This document shows, piece by piece, positions 1-11,200 of a stretch of DNA of 32,000 nucleotides. The stretch comes from Candidatus Iainarchaeum sp. Its GTDB lineage: Archaea; Iainarchaeota; Iainarchaeia; Iainarchaeales; 0-14-0-20-30-16. The notes below the pieces were generated by a model. That model saw nothing but the letters and a program-made list of their open reading frames with translations. It did not search any database and was not told where the DNA came from. The position numbers and the translations under genes were made by a program. How positions within the stretch are numbered: the stretch's first letter is position 1; each line of letters starts with the position of its first letter. The stretch spans positions 69,285 through 101,284 of the forward strand of contig JAQTTP010000003.1 of assembly GCA_028710695.1 (NCBI GenBank). Reading direction: 5' to 3'.

Positions 1-661
1 TGGGATAATTATTTATTATTTCTTCAAGTAGAGCTAGAATCCGTTTTTCTCCAAAATATTCATAATGATTGTATAAAATGCACATATAATCTTCTCTAAA
101 TGCTCTAAATATGTTTGCTGGGTCAGACCAATCAATCTGTTTTCTTTTTGCAAGAGAAAAATCAATAAAATAAACTTTTCCATCTTTGTATGTTGCATTC
201 TGGAAATGCGGGTGTCCATGTTCTACGCCCAAAGCATGCATTTTTCCTAATTCTCTAAAAAAAGCAGGGAATATGTGTGGGTTAGATGGGTCTTCTAAGA
301 CACTTTGTGTAATACTTTTGCCCATATCCATAAAGGCCATAGGGTGGTGCCCATTTTCTGGAACCTCAAATCTAAAAGGCTCTTCAACATTTACCCCAGA
401 ATTATGTAAATATTTAACAATATCAAGCTCGTGTTTTGAAACATTTCGAAGGTAAACTTTTTTTCCGCTTTTTGTTATAGCAACACGAGTACATTTTGCA
501 AGTAGTTTCATATGCCGATCTCTTAATTCTGGGTTACCGTGTCTAACTGCTAGCATTGCTGATGCTTTTATAGCTGTATCTGTGGAATAAATAGATATTT
601 CTTTTGGTTCTAGTCTTGTTACTTCTGGCCTTTCATAGGGCCGTTTTATTGGCTTTCTCAT
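1..661 (-). CDS. Protein kinase-like (Bud32/APH-like fold) protein, 3' end truncated by window edge
   Basis: Not in the ORF track because no stop lies inside the window. Reading the minus strand from ATG at 661 gives an open frame MRKPIKRPYERPEVTRLEPKEISIYSTDTAIKASAMLAVRHGN... ending in ...GKMHALGVEHGHPHFQNATYKDGKVYFIDFSLAKRKQIDW..., a catalytic-loop plus 'DF' metal-site arrangement (HGxPHxxN...x-FIDFS). Confidence 0.72.
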   Translation of the reverse strand, partial: MRKPIKRPYERPEVTRLEPKEISIYSTDTAIKASAMLAVRHGNPELRDRHMKLLAKCTRVAITKSGKKVYLRNVSKHELDIVKYLHNSGVNVEEPFRFEVPENGHHPMAFMDMGKSITQSVLEDPSNPHIFPAFFRELGKMHALGVEHGHPHFQNATYKDGKVYFIDFSLAKRKQIDWSDPANIFRAFREDYMCILYNHYEYFGEKRILALLEEIINNYP

Positions 662-782
662 AATATATAATCAGTTAAGAAAAATATATACTTTGTGGCT
701 TTTGTGGTCACAGAAACTCTAATTATTTTACACTTGTTTTAGAACCTTGGTTTCTGGGGGCCAAAAGATAAGCTTTTTAATA

Positions 783-808
783 CCTATAATTATATATATA
801 CAGCGATT
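783..808 (+). promoter_or_regulatory. TATA-rich promoter-like element upstream of giant gene 1
   Basis: cctataattatatatatacagcgatt 16-41 nt before ATG 824, followed by ggtg (SD-like). Confidence 0.5.
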
Positions 809-823
809 ATCTCTGGTGTTTTT

Positions 824-3800
824 ATGGGCTTAAGGGACTTTTATTTTGGTTTAGAAGATAAATACTATAAAATGATCGATAAACTTGATACTATTTTTCC
901 TGCACATGCGATTGTGGATAGAATAGATAAAGTAATGCCTTCAATGATCCTGTTCTTTATTTTATTTGTAGTTATAATTGTTCTAATAATTTGGGCTGTA
1001 ATTCCGTCCTATGCTCAAATAAATGTTTCTTTCTTTAATGATGGCTTGAGTTTGAAGGAAAAAATCCCTTTTAGTATGTATATTGGGGATGAAAACTACT
1101 CCTTTGTTTCTGACGGAGGGTCAGCAATAGTAAAAATACCAAAAAGTGATCTGTATAGAATAAAAGTTGATACTTCTAAGTATTCAATAGACAAAGATTA
1201 CTCTTTTAGTGATGAAATAAAAGTTTTATTAGATAAAAAGAAAAAAAATATTCCAATACAAATTTATTTTAAATCTGGATATTCTGATGTAGAATCCGCA
1301 AGCGCAATATTTGATTGTGATAATATTTCAATACCGGATTCTGAAGCAAGTAAAGAAACAAATAATGGATATATTGAGATAACTGTGCCAGAAGATTGTG
1401 GAATTTTGAATATTTCTGCAAGTGCAGAAGGTTATAATTCTAAGAATGATGTTTGTGATTCAACTTCTTGTGTAATTAATTTTGAAAGTGCTACAAGCGT
1501 TAGTGATAATGGAAAAACAAATATTCCGACTGCAAATATAGTTGTAAAAATTGCAGATAATTTGGGCTCAAAAGATGGACAGGTAACTATTTATGATTCT
1601 TCTGATTTGATAAACCCTGTTGAAACAGGATATTCTTTAAACGGGTATTATAACTCTAAAGCTTTGGCTGTTGGGGGCTATAAAGTTGCTGTTAATGTTG
1701 GAACTTATTTGCCACAAACAAAAACAATAGTTTTGACTGAAGCAGGAATGAATGTTGATTTCATGGTTATGAAAAACACATTAGGAAATGTATTATTAAA
1801 AGTTGATGAAGAAACAGAATTTTCATATAAGTTGAAAGATTTAAATAATAATATATTGGATTCTGGAAATAGTGACAAAGAAGTTGCATTCCTTCCTGTA
1901 TTTGAGTACGGAAAATACCTGATTGATTTGACTCCAGATAGTAATGAATTTGGAGTAATCTCAAATGAGCAAGTTGAATTTAAAGAAGGCACTTCAGAAA
2001 TTACCTTGGATTTGAAAGAGATAACTTCTTTTAACGCTGTTTTAGTTAAATTGCATGTAATTGATGAATCAGAATCTCCAATACAAGGCGCAAAAGCATT
2101 TGTGCAAGATTTGTTTAGCGGATTTGAAGTGTTTAGTTATAACTTCCCAGAAACTGATGAAAATGGAGACACTCAACTTCCCATTACTGAAGAAGGGGCT
2201 TACTCTTTTAGAGTTTACAAAGGTTATTCAGAAGGAATGAGCGAGCAAGTAACAATTACTTTTGAGCCAGGAACTGAAATGCCAGAAGAAGAGTTGGATG
2301 TTGTAATTTATTTGGGAAATGGAAGTTTTAATATAACTGTTTTGGATGAATTAGATTATGTTGTGCCATTTGCACAAATTGATTTTTATACAAAAGGACT
2401 GACAAAAAAATCAGGAACAAAATTAACTGATAATGCTGGAAAATTATTATTTTCATTAAAAGCAGGAACAGAAAAATTCTTTGTGGCATCTAAAGAAGGC
2501 TATATGCCATTCTATAGTGAAGCAAGGTTTTTAACTCCTGCAAATATTTGGGATATAAATGCAAATTTAGAACCACAAAAACTAAAAGAGGATGATGAAA
2601 AAGCAAGAGTTGAATACTTGGGTGTATTTGATGCTCTTGGCGGAGAACCAACTAATTTCGAAGTTGATAAAGCAGTATATTTGGGTTATGATATCCACCT
2701 TTACACTGATGTGGATGAAATGAACTTCGAATATACTACTGGAAAAGAAACAACAACTGTAGAACAAGATTCTTTATTTATTTTTGATAGTAGTTCTTCA
2801 TCACAAGTGGATTCAATGTATGAAGATCTGGAAAAAACAATTTACACTGAGGATAAAGGAAAAATATTAACTGCAAAATGGACTACTGGATTGGATTCTG
2901 CAAAAGTGGAAAAAGGAATTTATAGGATCTATGTGAAAGTAATGGTTAGAAATGATAGCTCAGTATCTTTGTACGAACCATTGAATATAAAATGGAAATT
3001 ATATTTGGATGAAAAGTTAAATTCAAGCGAAGAAAAAGAATATTTCTTAGGAAGTAGTTTGGATTGTAGTGATATGTTTTGTGCAAAAACATCTTTATTG
3101 GACATTGAAAACCAAATCTATGTTGAAAATATTGGAAATGTAAATAAAAATGAACAAAAATATCCTTTAGTAATTGGAAAGAAGTATAAAACTGAATTCA
3201 CCTTAATGAACGGAATAACTGCAAGCGATGGAGAAATTGAAAATGGATACTTGAAAGCACACACAGCAACAAGTTCAGATACAAGTTTCATGGCTGTTGA
3301 AAATGATGTTGATAAATATAATTTCTATCAATTTTCAAATATATCTTTGAGTGGACCAAACAGCGAGAGCCAATATTATGGCGCCGCAAAAACAATTTTA
3401 GTAGATAAATATAATTTCACAAAATTCTTTGCAAATAAAACAATTTCTGGAAGCTTTAATTTAATTCCAACTTATGATAATGGGAATTACATTAACTTTT
3501 GGGTTATAGATTCTGATAAACAAGTTCCAGTAAGGGGGGCTCCAGCATTTAATTATTGGTTTGTGCCTGATGCACCACACTCTCTGAGCATAAAACTATT
3601 CCCTAATACTTTGTTAGTGCCAAATAAAGTTCAGAATTTGAAAGTGTATGTTTATGATGAACTTGAAAGTGTTGTAAAAGACGCAAAAGTAGTTGTATTA
3701 AAGAAAGCACCTAATGACTCAGTATACAAAACTGTGCAAGGTTGTAATAACTTAACAACTGATTATGAGGGCAAAGTAGTTTGTGAACTTCCGCCTTTTG

Positions 3801-6800
3801 AACCTAATACCTTTATACAAGTGTTGGCTTACAAAGAAGGATACAAGAGCTACAAGCATAATGATTTATTGCCTGATTTGAAAGTTGTGGAAGAAATAAT
3901 TTCTTTTAATCCTGCGAAATTGGATATTACAATTTCATATCCTAAAGAAAAAGCAGTGGTTGCAGATTTGACAATTGCAAATGCAAGTGCACAGGATTTA
4001 ATAATAAACAATATTGATTTGCAATTTGATAAATATTCTGAAAATTCTAAATTCCTTTTGAACTGGGAAGCAATGGAAGCTTACTTTGAGTCAGAATATA
4101 AAGGAAAAGTTATTTATGGAATTGAAGAAGATAAAGGAGTAAATGAAACAATTTTGCAAAACTTCTTTAAGGTAATAGCAAATGACACTTTTGATAAGAG
4201 TGTATATGCTGATAAAATTGGCGGAATAATAAAAGTAACTTTGGATACAAGTCCAGGAACTGTAACTTTGGATATTCCTTTTTCAATAAAATTCAAATTA
4301 GATTCTTATCCTGAAAATGCAGGAGAGTGTTTGAAGATTTCAATGCTAGAAAAAGATTTCTATATTGAAAAAGCAACAAACACAGAAATCGAAATGATAA
4401 ATACTTGTTTGTTAGATTCTGAAAAATTAACTCCTGCAATATTTGATAAATTATTTTTGTTGCTAACTTTAGAAGATGGAAGTTATAGTATTGTGAATTA
4501 TAGTTTAACAATACCTGACAAAGTTTCAAAGAATGTTGATATCGGAGTTCCTGCTTTACTTCTTGAAAATCTGAAAACAGATGTAACAAAACCAGATATG
4601 ACTGGGTTCTTGGGAATGACTCCTAAGTCAGTAAAAGGAAACCAAAAAATTGGAATTAAATTAATGGGTTATGTGACAACGGAATCTGGCCCAGCAAAAC
4701 TTGAATCTAATACAATATCAATTAATGTAAATACTGTTGAGTTAGCAAATTGTATTGGGGTTTACAATGACAACGGCGAAAAAATAGACAGAATAGATTT
4801 TGGTGTGTTTAGTAGTATAGAATATTTGGCGACAGCAGAATCAATAAATAATAAAGTTCATGGTCCATCAACAGAAATAGAAATAAAGAACGAATGTTCT
4901 GGATCTTTGTTGTATATAAGAGCATGTAAAGATAATGAAAATAATTTTAGTCCGGGTTGTGGAAATGAAAACAGCGATGCAAAACTTTCATTCTCTGTTG
5001 AAGACTTCACAAAAGGAATTGAATTGGCTGGTGGCGCAAGCCAAAAAGTAGAGATTTATAGGCCATCAATACCTGGTGCATATGCTTTAGATCTGTGGGT
5101 AAAAACAAAAGACCAATGGGGCTATAAAAAGATTTATGATGTTAAAACAAATGTAAAAACAACAACCGCATTTGGATACTTTAGTTATAATCCATTCTTG
5201 CCTATGTTTGATCTGAATACTGATATTACTCCTATGACAAATGGAGACGAATTTGAGTCAGATATAATGTACCTGTTCAATAGAGATTTATGGGTTTCAA
5301 AGATGAGTGATTTAGAGACTCTAGAAAAAATAGCAGAATGTGATACTGGCGGCTCTGGATGTTGGAATTCTTTAGATAGATTAGATCTGAGCTCTGGACT
5401 TGGTGACGATGGAGATAGTGTAGACAATTCAGAAACTGCGAGAAAAGCAGTATTCTATAGTGGAGTGGGAGTTGCAGGTGTTGGAGTTATTATTTTGATT
5501 GGTGTTGCTCTGTGTGCATCTTCTGTGCCAGTAGCCGGTTGGATTATTGGTGGTGCCGCGGCCATTGCTGCAGGGACATTTGCAATAATTTCTGCATTGG
5601 CTCCGGATGACTTTGAACAAATAACAGAATATCACTTGTTTGATATGGTTGGGGAAGATATTGCTCTTGATGCTGTGATTTATAGTCAAACTGATAAGAA
5701 AACTTATAATTGGCTGGATGGTACTTCAATGGATCCCGTAAAGTTGACGAGCTTGTTTGGAGAGCGGTATTATGATCTGTATTATGTTAATAAAGAAGTT
5801 GCTGGGTCTGTAGGATTTGCAGGCGGAGACCACAAGAAAGATTTGTGGTTTACTGTGTATTGTGGAACTGAATATGAGCCAGTTGTAGATGCAATTGTAA
5901 TAAACGACATAAAAAAAGAAGTTTGTGGCTGGCCTGAAGATGAACCTTTTGTTGTGAATGGTTCTGATGTTGAATTTAGACCAGATTGTTCTGATGCAGG
6001 ATTCTTGGACGGATTTGAACTACATTCACATGTTTATGTTCCTTGTGTTCTAAAACCAAAGAACTGGGTATATGAACAATTCAAAGGTGTAGATTATGGT
6101 TTGCCAAATACTGGTTTGGCAAGAGTAAAATATACTACAAAAGATTTGAAGCCAGGATATAATTACTTTGATGTTGATATGAATGTTATTGGGCTTTTGG
6201 ATATAGATCCAAAAGAAGTAAAGTTTAGAGTTTCTTTGTACAACCCTTTATCTGAAGAAGAAAAAATTCTTCCTCTTGGAGACTCTTGTAAGAATCTAAG
6301 TGGAGAGATTATTGGTTATACTGGTGAAAAAGCAAGGCCAAAACTAAAGTTTGTATGGGATTGGCAATCACAGGGGTCTGTTTTGAGCCCATATGAAGAT
6401 ATGAACTTTTGTAATACAGATAACTATTGTGACTCAACTCAATTCATGATGAATATGTTCAATAGAATAAATACATTTAATGATGAAATTTTGGATTTGA
6501 GTAAGAGCAATGATATGGATTTGCCGAAAACAAATCCTCAACCAGAAACACTTAAACCAGAGTATGACTACGATCCTGCAAAAGCAGAATCTCTTGGAGT
6601 TAAGTCTGTAAAACTAGAATTTACTAATTCAAACCTTTTGTATTTGAAAGTATCAAAAGATGTTGATGTAAATGTAAGTAAAATAAGTGTAATAGTTGGT
6701 GGGGCAGATGGGTCTTCTGGAGATATGGCTGTATCTTCTCAAAATCCAAATGTGTTTACTTATACCATATCTGATCAACCAGTTGAAGAATACAAAGATT

Positions 6801-8062
6801 TAGATGGAAAGAAGTATTCAATCATTTTGAAAATATATTCCGGAAATGAATCCGGGTTGTTGCCTGTGAATGTAACGTTAACATATATTCCAGAAGTACC
6901 TGCAAAGCCAATAAACGTACCTTTGTCAACAGAAATAATGGATGGTGCAATGGCTTTATCTAAATGGTTCTGGGATACTAATATGAACTTAGATGATGCT
7001 ACATCTGACACTTTGTTTGATGCACAAAAGAAGATATATTTCTTGGCAAACATAATGAAAGATGGATTTACAGAAGACTTCTTTAATGACTTTGTAAATT
7101 CATGTAATAGTGAATTCTTTGTGTGTCCAAGTGAAGTAAAAGATAGTTTTATGGCTCTTATGGAAGAAGGGCGTTTGAAAGTAGTTAATGTAGATGGCAC
7201 AAACAAATTAAATGGCCCCGGAAAGTATGTTGTAAGAACTATAATTGATTATAAGAATACAGACCTAGAAATTAAAGATGCAAATATAATAATAATTTTA
7301 GAGAAAGTTGAGCCACCAATACAAGATAATATTTTGTATTATATGCCTCTGGATGGTCCTATTGGAATAAGTGATTATAGTGTTGATAGACAAGGCTATG
7401 GTGTTGACTTCTCTGGAGCAACAATTGACCTTTTTAAGCTTGGAAATTTAGCAAAGAAATTGACAGTAAACACAACATCTAATCCAATAAATACTGTGAA
7501 TGTAGAATCAAATTATGATTTTGCTTCTGCTAACAAAATTGCAAGAGGCAGAGTTTTAGGAATAAATACTTTGGGCGACCAACAAGTGTTTGTGAACTTT
7601 GTTCCAATGAATCAAACAAAGTTTAACTTTGAACTAACTCCAGAAACAGATAAAGATACAAAATTCTGTTATGAAGTAGAACTTGATGACCAGATAATGA
7701 AAGGTCCAGATTCCTTGCTGCCGTTCTTTGCAAAAGATCCTGAAGCAAAAGATTTCACAGGACAAATGATGGTAGATAACTACCCTAAATTTGCAGAGGC
7801 AGGAGTTTGTGGAGATCAAGCTGGATTGAAGTATAGCTTAGAATCAGTAATGAGTTCTGATCCAATAGGTCTTTACACTTATGTGTATGCTTTGAATAAC
7901 ACAAATGTAAAAGTGACCAATAGTAGTTATGACAATACAGAAAGTTTGTCTGGAAAAACATTAAGTAGTGTATTTGATGATATTGCTGCAGGAAGGCTGT
8001 GTATAAATTCCACAAGCCAGACAATGGATGTATTTTGGAATGAATATGCTCAACAAAATTAA
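824..8062 (+). CDS. Giant signal-anchored surface protein 1 (2412 aa) with repeated beta-sandwich/carboxypeptidase-regulatory-like modules and a central hydrophobic region
   Basis: Single open frame. N-terminus MGLRDFYFGLEDKYYKMIDKLDTIFPAHAIVDRIDKVMPSMILFFILFVVIIVLIIWAVIP is one TM after a short charged segment. Long N-glycosylation-site-rich region with modules such as GSFNITVLDELDYVVPFAQIDFYTKG..GKLLFSLKAGTEKFFVASKEGYMPFYSE. Glycine-rich hydrophobic stretch VFYSGVGVAGVGVIILIGVALCASSVPVAGWIIGGAAAIAAGTFAIISAL. Confidence 0.93.
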   Translation: MGLRDFYFGLEDKYYKMIDKLDTIFPAHAIVDRIDKVMPSMILFFILFVVIIVLIIWAVIPSYAQINVSFFNDGLSLKEKIPFSMYIGDENYSFVSDGGSAIVKIPKSDLYRIKVDTSKYSIDKDYSFSDEIKVLLDKKKKNIPIQIYFKSGYSDVESASAIFDCDNISIPDSEASKETNNGYIEITVPEDCGILNISASAEGYNSKNDVCDSTSCVINFESATSVSDNGKTNIPTANIVVKIADNLGSKDGQVTIYDSSDLINPVETGYSLNGYYNSKALAVGGYKVAVNVGTYLPQTKTIVLTEAGMNVDFMVMKNTLGNVLLKVDEETEFSYKLKDLNNNILDSGNSDKEVAFLPVFEYGKYLIDLTPDSNEFGVISNEQVEFKEGTSEITLDLKEITSFNAVLVKLHVIDESESPIQGAKAFVQDLFSGFEVFSYNFPETDENGDTQLPITEEGAYSFRVYKGYSEGMSEQVTITFEPGTEMPEEELDVVIYLGNGSFNITVLDELDYVVPFAQIDFYTKGLTKKSGTKLTDNAGKLLFSLKAGTEKFFVASKEGYMPFYSEARFLTPANIWDINANLEPQKLKEDDEKARVEYLGVFDALGGEPTNFEVDKAVYLGYDIHLYTDVDEMNFEYTTGKETTTVEQDSLFIFDSSSSSQVDSMYEDLEKTIYTEDKGKILTAKWTTGLDSAKVEKGIYRIYVKVMVRNDSSVSLYEPLNIKWKLYLDEKLNSSEEKEYFLGSSLDCSDMFCAKTSLLDIENQIYVENIGNVNKNEQKYPLVIGKKYKTEFTLMNGITASDGEIENGYLKAHTATSSDTSFMAVENDVDKYNFYQFSNISLSGPNSESQYYGAAKTILVDKYNFTKFFANKTISGSFNLIPTYDNGNYINFWVIDSDKQVPVRGAPAFNYWFVPDAPHSLSIKLFPNTLLVPNKVQNLKVYVYDELESVVKDAKVVVLKKAPNDSVYKTVQGCNNLTTDYEGKVVCELPPFEPNTFIQVLAYKEGYKSYKHNDLLPDLKVVEEIISFNPAKLDITISYPKEKAVVADLTIANASAQDLIINNIDLQFDKYSENSKFLLNWEAMEAYFESEYKGKVIYGIEEDKGVNETILQNFFKVIANDTFDKSVYADKIGGIIKVTLDTSPGTVTLDIPFSIKFKLDSYPENAGECLKISMLEKDFYIEKATNTEIEMINTCLLDSEKLTPAIFDKLFLLLTLEDGSYSIVNYSLTIPDKVSKNVDIGVPALLLENLKTDVTKPDMTGFLGMTPKSVKGNQKIGIKLMGYVTTESGPAKLESNTISINVNTVELANCIGVYNDNGEKIDRIDFGVFSSIEYLATAESINNKVHGPSTEIEIKNECSGSLLYIRACKDNENNFSPGCGNENSDAKLSFSVEDFTKGIELAGGASQKVEIYRPSIPGAYALDLWVKTKDQWGYKKIYDVKTNVKTTTAFGYFSYNPFLPMFDLNTDITPMTNGDEFESDIMYLFNRDLWVSKMSDLETLEKIAECDTGGSGCWNSLDRLDLSSGLGDDGDSVDNSETARKAVFYSGVGVAGVGVIILIGVALCASSVPVAGWIIGGAAAIAAGTFAIISALAPDDFEQITEYHLFDMVGEDIALDAVIYSQTDKKTYNWLDGTSMDPVKLTSLFGERYYDLYYVNKEVAGSVGFAGGDHKKDLWFTVYCGTEYEPVVDAIVINDIKKEVCGWPEDEPFVVNGSDVEFRPDCSDAGFLDGFELHSHVYVPCVLKPKNWVYEQFKGVDYGLPNTGLARVKYTTKDLKPGYNYFDVDMNVIGLLDIDPKEVKFRVSLYNPLSEEEKILPLGDSCKNLSGEIIGYTGEKARPKLKFVWDWQSQGSVLSPYEDMNFCNTDNYCDSTQFMMNMFNRINTFNDEILDLSKSNDMDLPKTNPQPETLKPEYDYDPAKAESLGVKSVKLEFTNSNLLYLKVSKDVDVNVSKISVIVGGADGSSGDMAVSSQNPNVFTYTISDQPVEEYKDLDGKKYSIILKIYSGNESGLLPVNVTLTYIPEVPAKPINVPLSTEIMDGAMALSKWFWDTNMNLDDATSDTLFDAQKKIYFLANIMKDGFTEDFFNDFVNSCNSEFFVCPSEVKDSFMALMEEGRLKVVNVDGTNKLNGPGKYVVRTIIDYKNTDLEIKDANIIIILEKVEPPIQDNILYYMPLDGPIGISDYSVDRQGYGVDFSGATIDLFKLGNLAKKLTVNTTSNPINTVNVESNYDFASANKIARGRVLGINTLGDQQVFVNFVPMNQTKFNFELTPETDKDTKFCYEVELDDQIMKGPDSLLPFFAKDPEAKDFTGQMMVDNYPKFAEAGVCGDQAGLKYSLESVMSSDPIGLYTYVYALNNTNVKVTNSSYDNTESLSGKTLSSVFDDIAAGRLCINSTSQTMDVFWNEYAQQN

Positions 8063-8213
8063 TAAAAAAGTAAGTAGGTAAAGAACAGCATTAGTTAGGT
8101 TAAAAAAATGCTAAAAAAAGGTCAACGGTTAGTACAGAAAGGAGACAAAAAACACCTCTTAAGATGGTGTACAAAATTTGGCTCCTATAAGAATTATAAT
8201 TATTGGTGATTGT

Positions 8214-11200
8214 ATGAGTTTTAGAGAGCTATATACGAAAATAGAAGATAAATATTATGCGATGTTGGATAAGATAAATCAAGTTATACCTATCCACAAG
8301 CTTACTGACCAAATTGACAAGGTAATGCCCTCGATGATATTCTTTTCTGTATTCTTTTTAGTGATAATTGGACTTATTATTTGGCTAATAGTTGCTAGTG
8401 TTGGATCTTCAACAATCACTTTTGAATTTTATTCTAATGGAACACTTGCATCCGGAGAATTTAATGTAACTTTCTCTTCCGAAGGTGGAGAACAAATTGC
8501 TCTTGTGAAGAATGGAATTGCCTTTGGAAATTATGATATGGGGGATTTTGTAACTGTGAAAATAAAAGAGCCTTATACTTTTTCAAAAACTTATGAAATT
8601 AAAAGCGAATTAATGAAAATTGACTTGCCAGGATTAGACAAACTTGCTTTGAAGGAAGCAGAAAAAAAGAATAAAGAAATTTCTATTTATTTGTATGATG
8701 GCACATCTGGGTCTCTAGTTAAAGAAAAAGCGATTGTTAGCGCAAGTTGTGAGGATTTTAGTAAAGAAATAGAAGTAACTGGAAACACAAAACTTGCAAT
8801 TCCTGATAATTGTTCTTATGTTGATTTGTTAGCAACTGCTGACGGATATTTACAATCTAAAAAAAGTTGTGATACCGCTTTGTGTAAAATATTTATGGAC
8901 AAAAAAGGAACAACTACTCCAACAACTGTTGTTCAATCAATTCCAAAAAATAAAGTTGTTGTGTATGTAAAAGATAATAAAGGAACTTCTCTGGAAGGGT
9001 TTGATGTAAAAATTACTGGGGTTGAATCAATACAAGATGTTTTGAACCAAGCAAAAACAAATGCTTTTGGAAGTTACACTTTTGAAGATATTACTGTTGG
9101 AAATTATAAATTGTATGTGTCTGATCCTTCTGGAACTTTGACTACTGTAAGCAAAGATTTAATTGTTGTATCTGGGCCTCCAGTTATTGCAGATATTACT
9201 ATGGAAAAGCCGCCTTTGGGATATTTTAATGTAAAAGTGAATACTGAGAATACAGGTGGATTTGCATTAGCTACTTTGTATGTGAAAGATGTAAATGATA
9301 ATTATCTTGGAACTGTGGACATAAATACTGGTGTAGAATACAAGATAGGTGTTTATGAAAAAGGAAAATATATTTTTAATGTAATTCCTGTAACTGGTTA
9401 TGATGAAAATTATTCAATTGTTACTGAAGAAAGAGAATACGATTTGCAAAGCGGAGATAAAAAAGTTGATTTAGTTTTGAAAGAATTAAAATATTATGAA
9501 AATACAAAAGTTAATTTGAAAGTTGTAAAAGAAAAAGATGATGGGTCTGAGGAACCATTGCCAAATATGAAAATAATAGTTGAAAATGACGAAGGCTGGC
9601 AAATAGAATTGCCTGCTGACAAAACAAAAACAGATGTAAATGGTTCTGTGAGTTTTATTTTGCCATCTGGAGTTTACATAGTTCATGCTTATAATTATTA
9701 TTTTACTGGAGAAACAAATTTACAATTATTGGACACTCCTGGTGCAACAGAATTGCCTGAAACAGATGCAAAGATTGCTGTTCAGATTGGAAAAGCAAAA
9801 ATAAAAGTTTCTGTTAAAGACGAAGATGGAAAGGATTTGACAGATGTGAAAGTAGATATCTATATGGATTCCAATTTTTTTGGACCAATGTTTATAAGTC
9901 AAGAAAAATACAAAGAGGTTCAGGTTGAGGCATATCATAGTTATTATGTAAAGGTAACAAAAGAAGGATATTTGAATTATTATAGTCCAGAGTTGGTTTT
10001 GAAGAAAGACCAATTAATGGATGAGAAAGTAATTTTGTATAATAAATTAGAACACTTAAACTCAGATCCTGAAATGATTTATGTTGGGGCATATAAAGAT
10101 CAAGAATTAAAAACAAAGCTTGATAAAATAGATCAAGAGAATGAGTTTTATTATGTGTTTGATTTAGTTGTTCCAGAATTTAGTGAAAAATTGTATGAAA
10201 TTTCTGGGGTTAAAGTAACTGGTGTTGCAGGAAACAAAAATTTGCCAGTTTTAGAAAGCGATTTAGTTTTAAAGAACGTATTTGCGTCTGGAAAAACACA
10301 TTTATTTAGTACAATAACTGGAACTTCTTTAGCAGAACAAGGTGAAGATTTTACTTATACTGCAAAATCTTTTACAAGCGAGTTTAATGGGGGCTCTTAT
10401 GTTGCAAGAATGGTTGTGCATTTGAGATCTACTGATATTCCTCAAATAGGGGATAAATTATTCTTTTATTATAAATTAGATATAGATACTAAACAAAATG
10501 GCTCTTTTAATTTGCCAATACCAACTGACGCAGAATATTATGAATTAATTAAGTTCTTGGGAAAACGAGAACTTTGTGAAAATGAAGTTGTTTGTGTTGA
10601 TACTTACTTAGATGGAATGGCAACAAGTAGTTTGCCTGGCGGAAGCGAAAATAAAGTGGAATTATATTCTGGAAAGCAGAATAATATTCTTGTAAATCTT
10701 ACAAAGGGTGATGAACTTCCAACTGAACTTGAAGCAAGTAAGTTTACAGTATTCAATTCTACAATTTCTTCTGTAGAGAACTTTAATTCTTTGAAAGACT
10801 TCTATGTTGATTTGGAAGATATGAGTTTAGTGCACGACAAAATAACATCTACAAAGCCAATAGAAATTGACTCACAAACAGCACCGGTATTTGTAAAAGA
10901 AGCATCAATAAATAATTATAAAATTAATACTACTTTGAAGTTTGATTCAAAAATTGAATTGGTGGAACCAGAGAATTCAAAACTTTATTTTAATTTTGAT
11001 ACTACTAATGAAGTTGAGCAAGTATATGTTGATTTAGAAACAATGAACGATGACGAACCATTAAAGTTAGAAGGGCTGCCAGAAGGAGATCTTTTGATTC
11101 CTGGAATTGAAAACTCTTTTGATGTAATTGTGAAATCTGGAGAAGATAAGATTGGGGCTGCAATAATAAAAATATATTTCTTTGATGGAATGAATTGGTC

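Noticed and set aside
34-455. ORFs 34-219 (-) and 186-455 (+)
   Set aside because: They lie inside the coherent minus-strand kinase-like reading frame (1-661), which has recognisable catalytic motifs and is missing from the track only because it runs off the window.
8178-8213. TTG start at 8178 for giant protein 2 (adds MAPIRIIIIGDC)
   Set aside because: The extension overlaps promoter-like sequence. ATG 8214 has an SD-like ggtgat and gives an N-terminus that aligns with giant protein 1.
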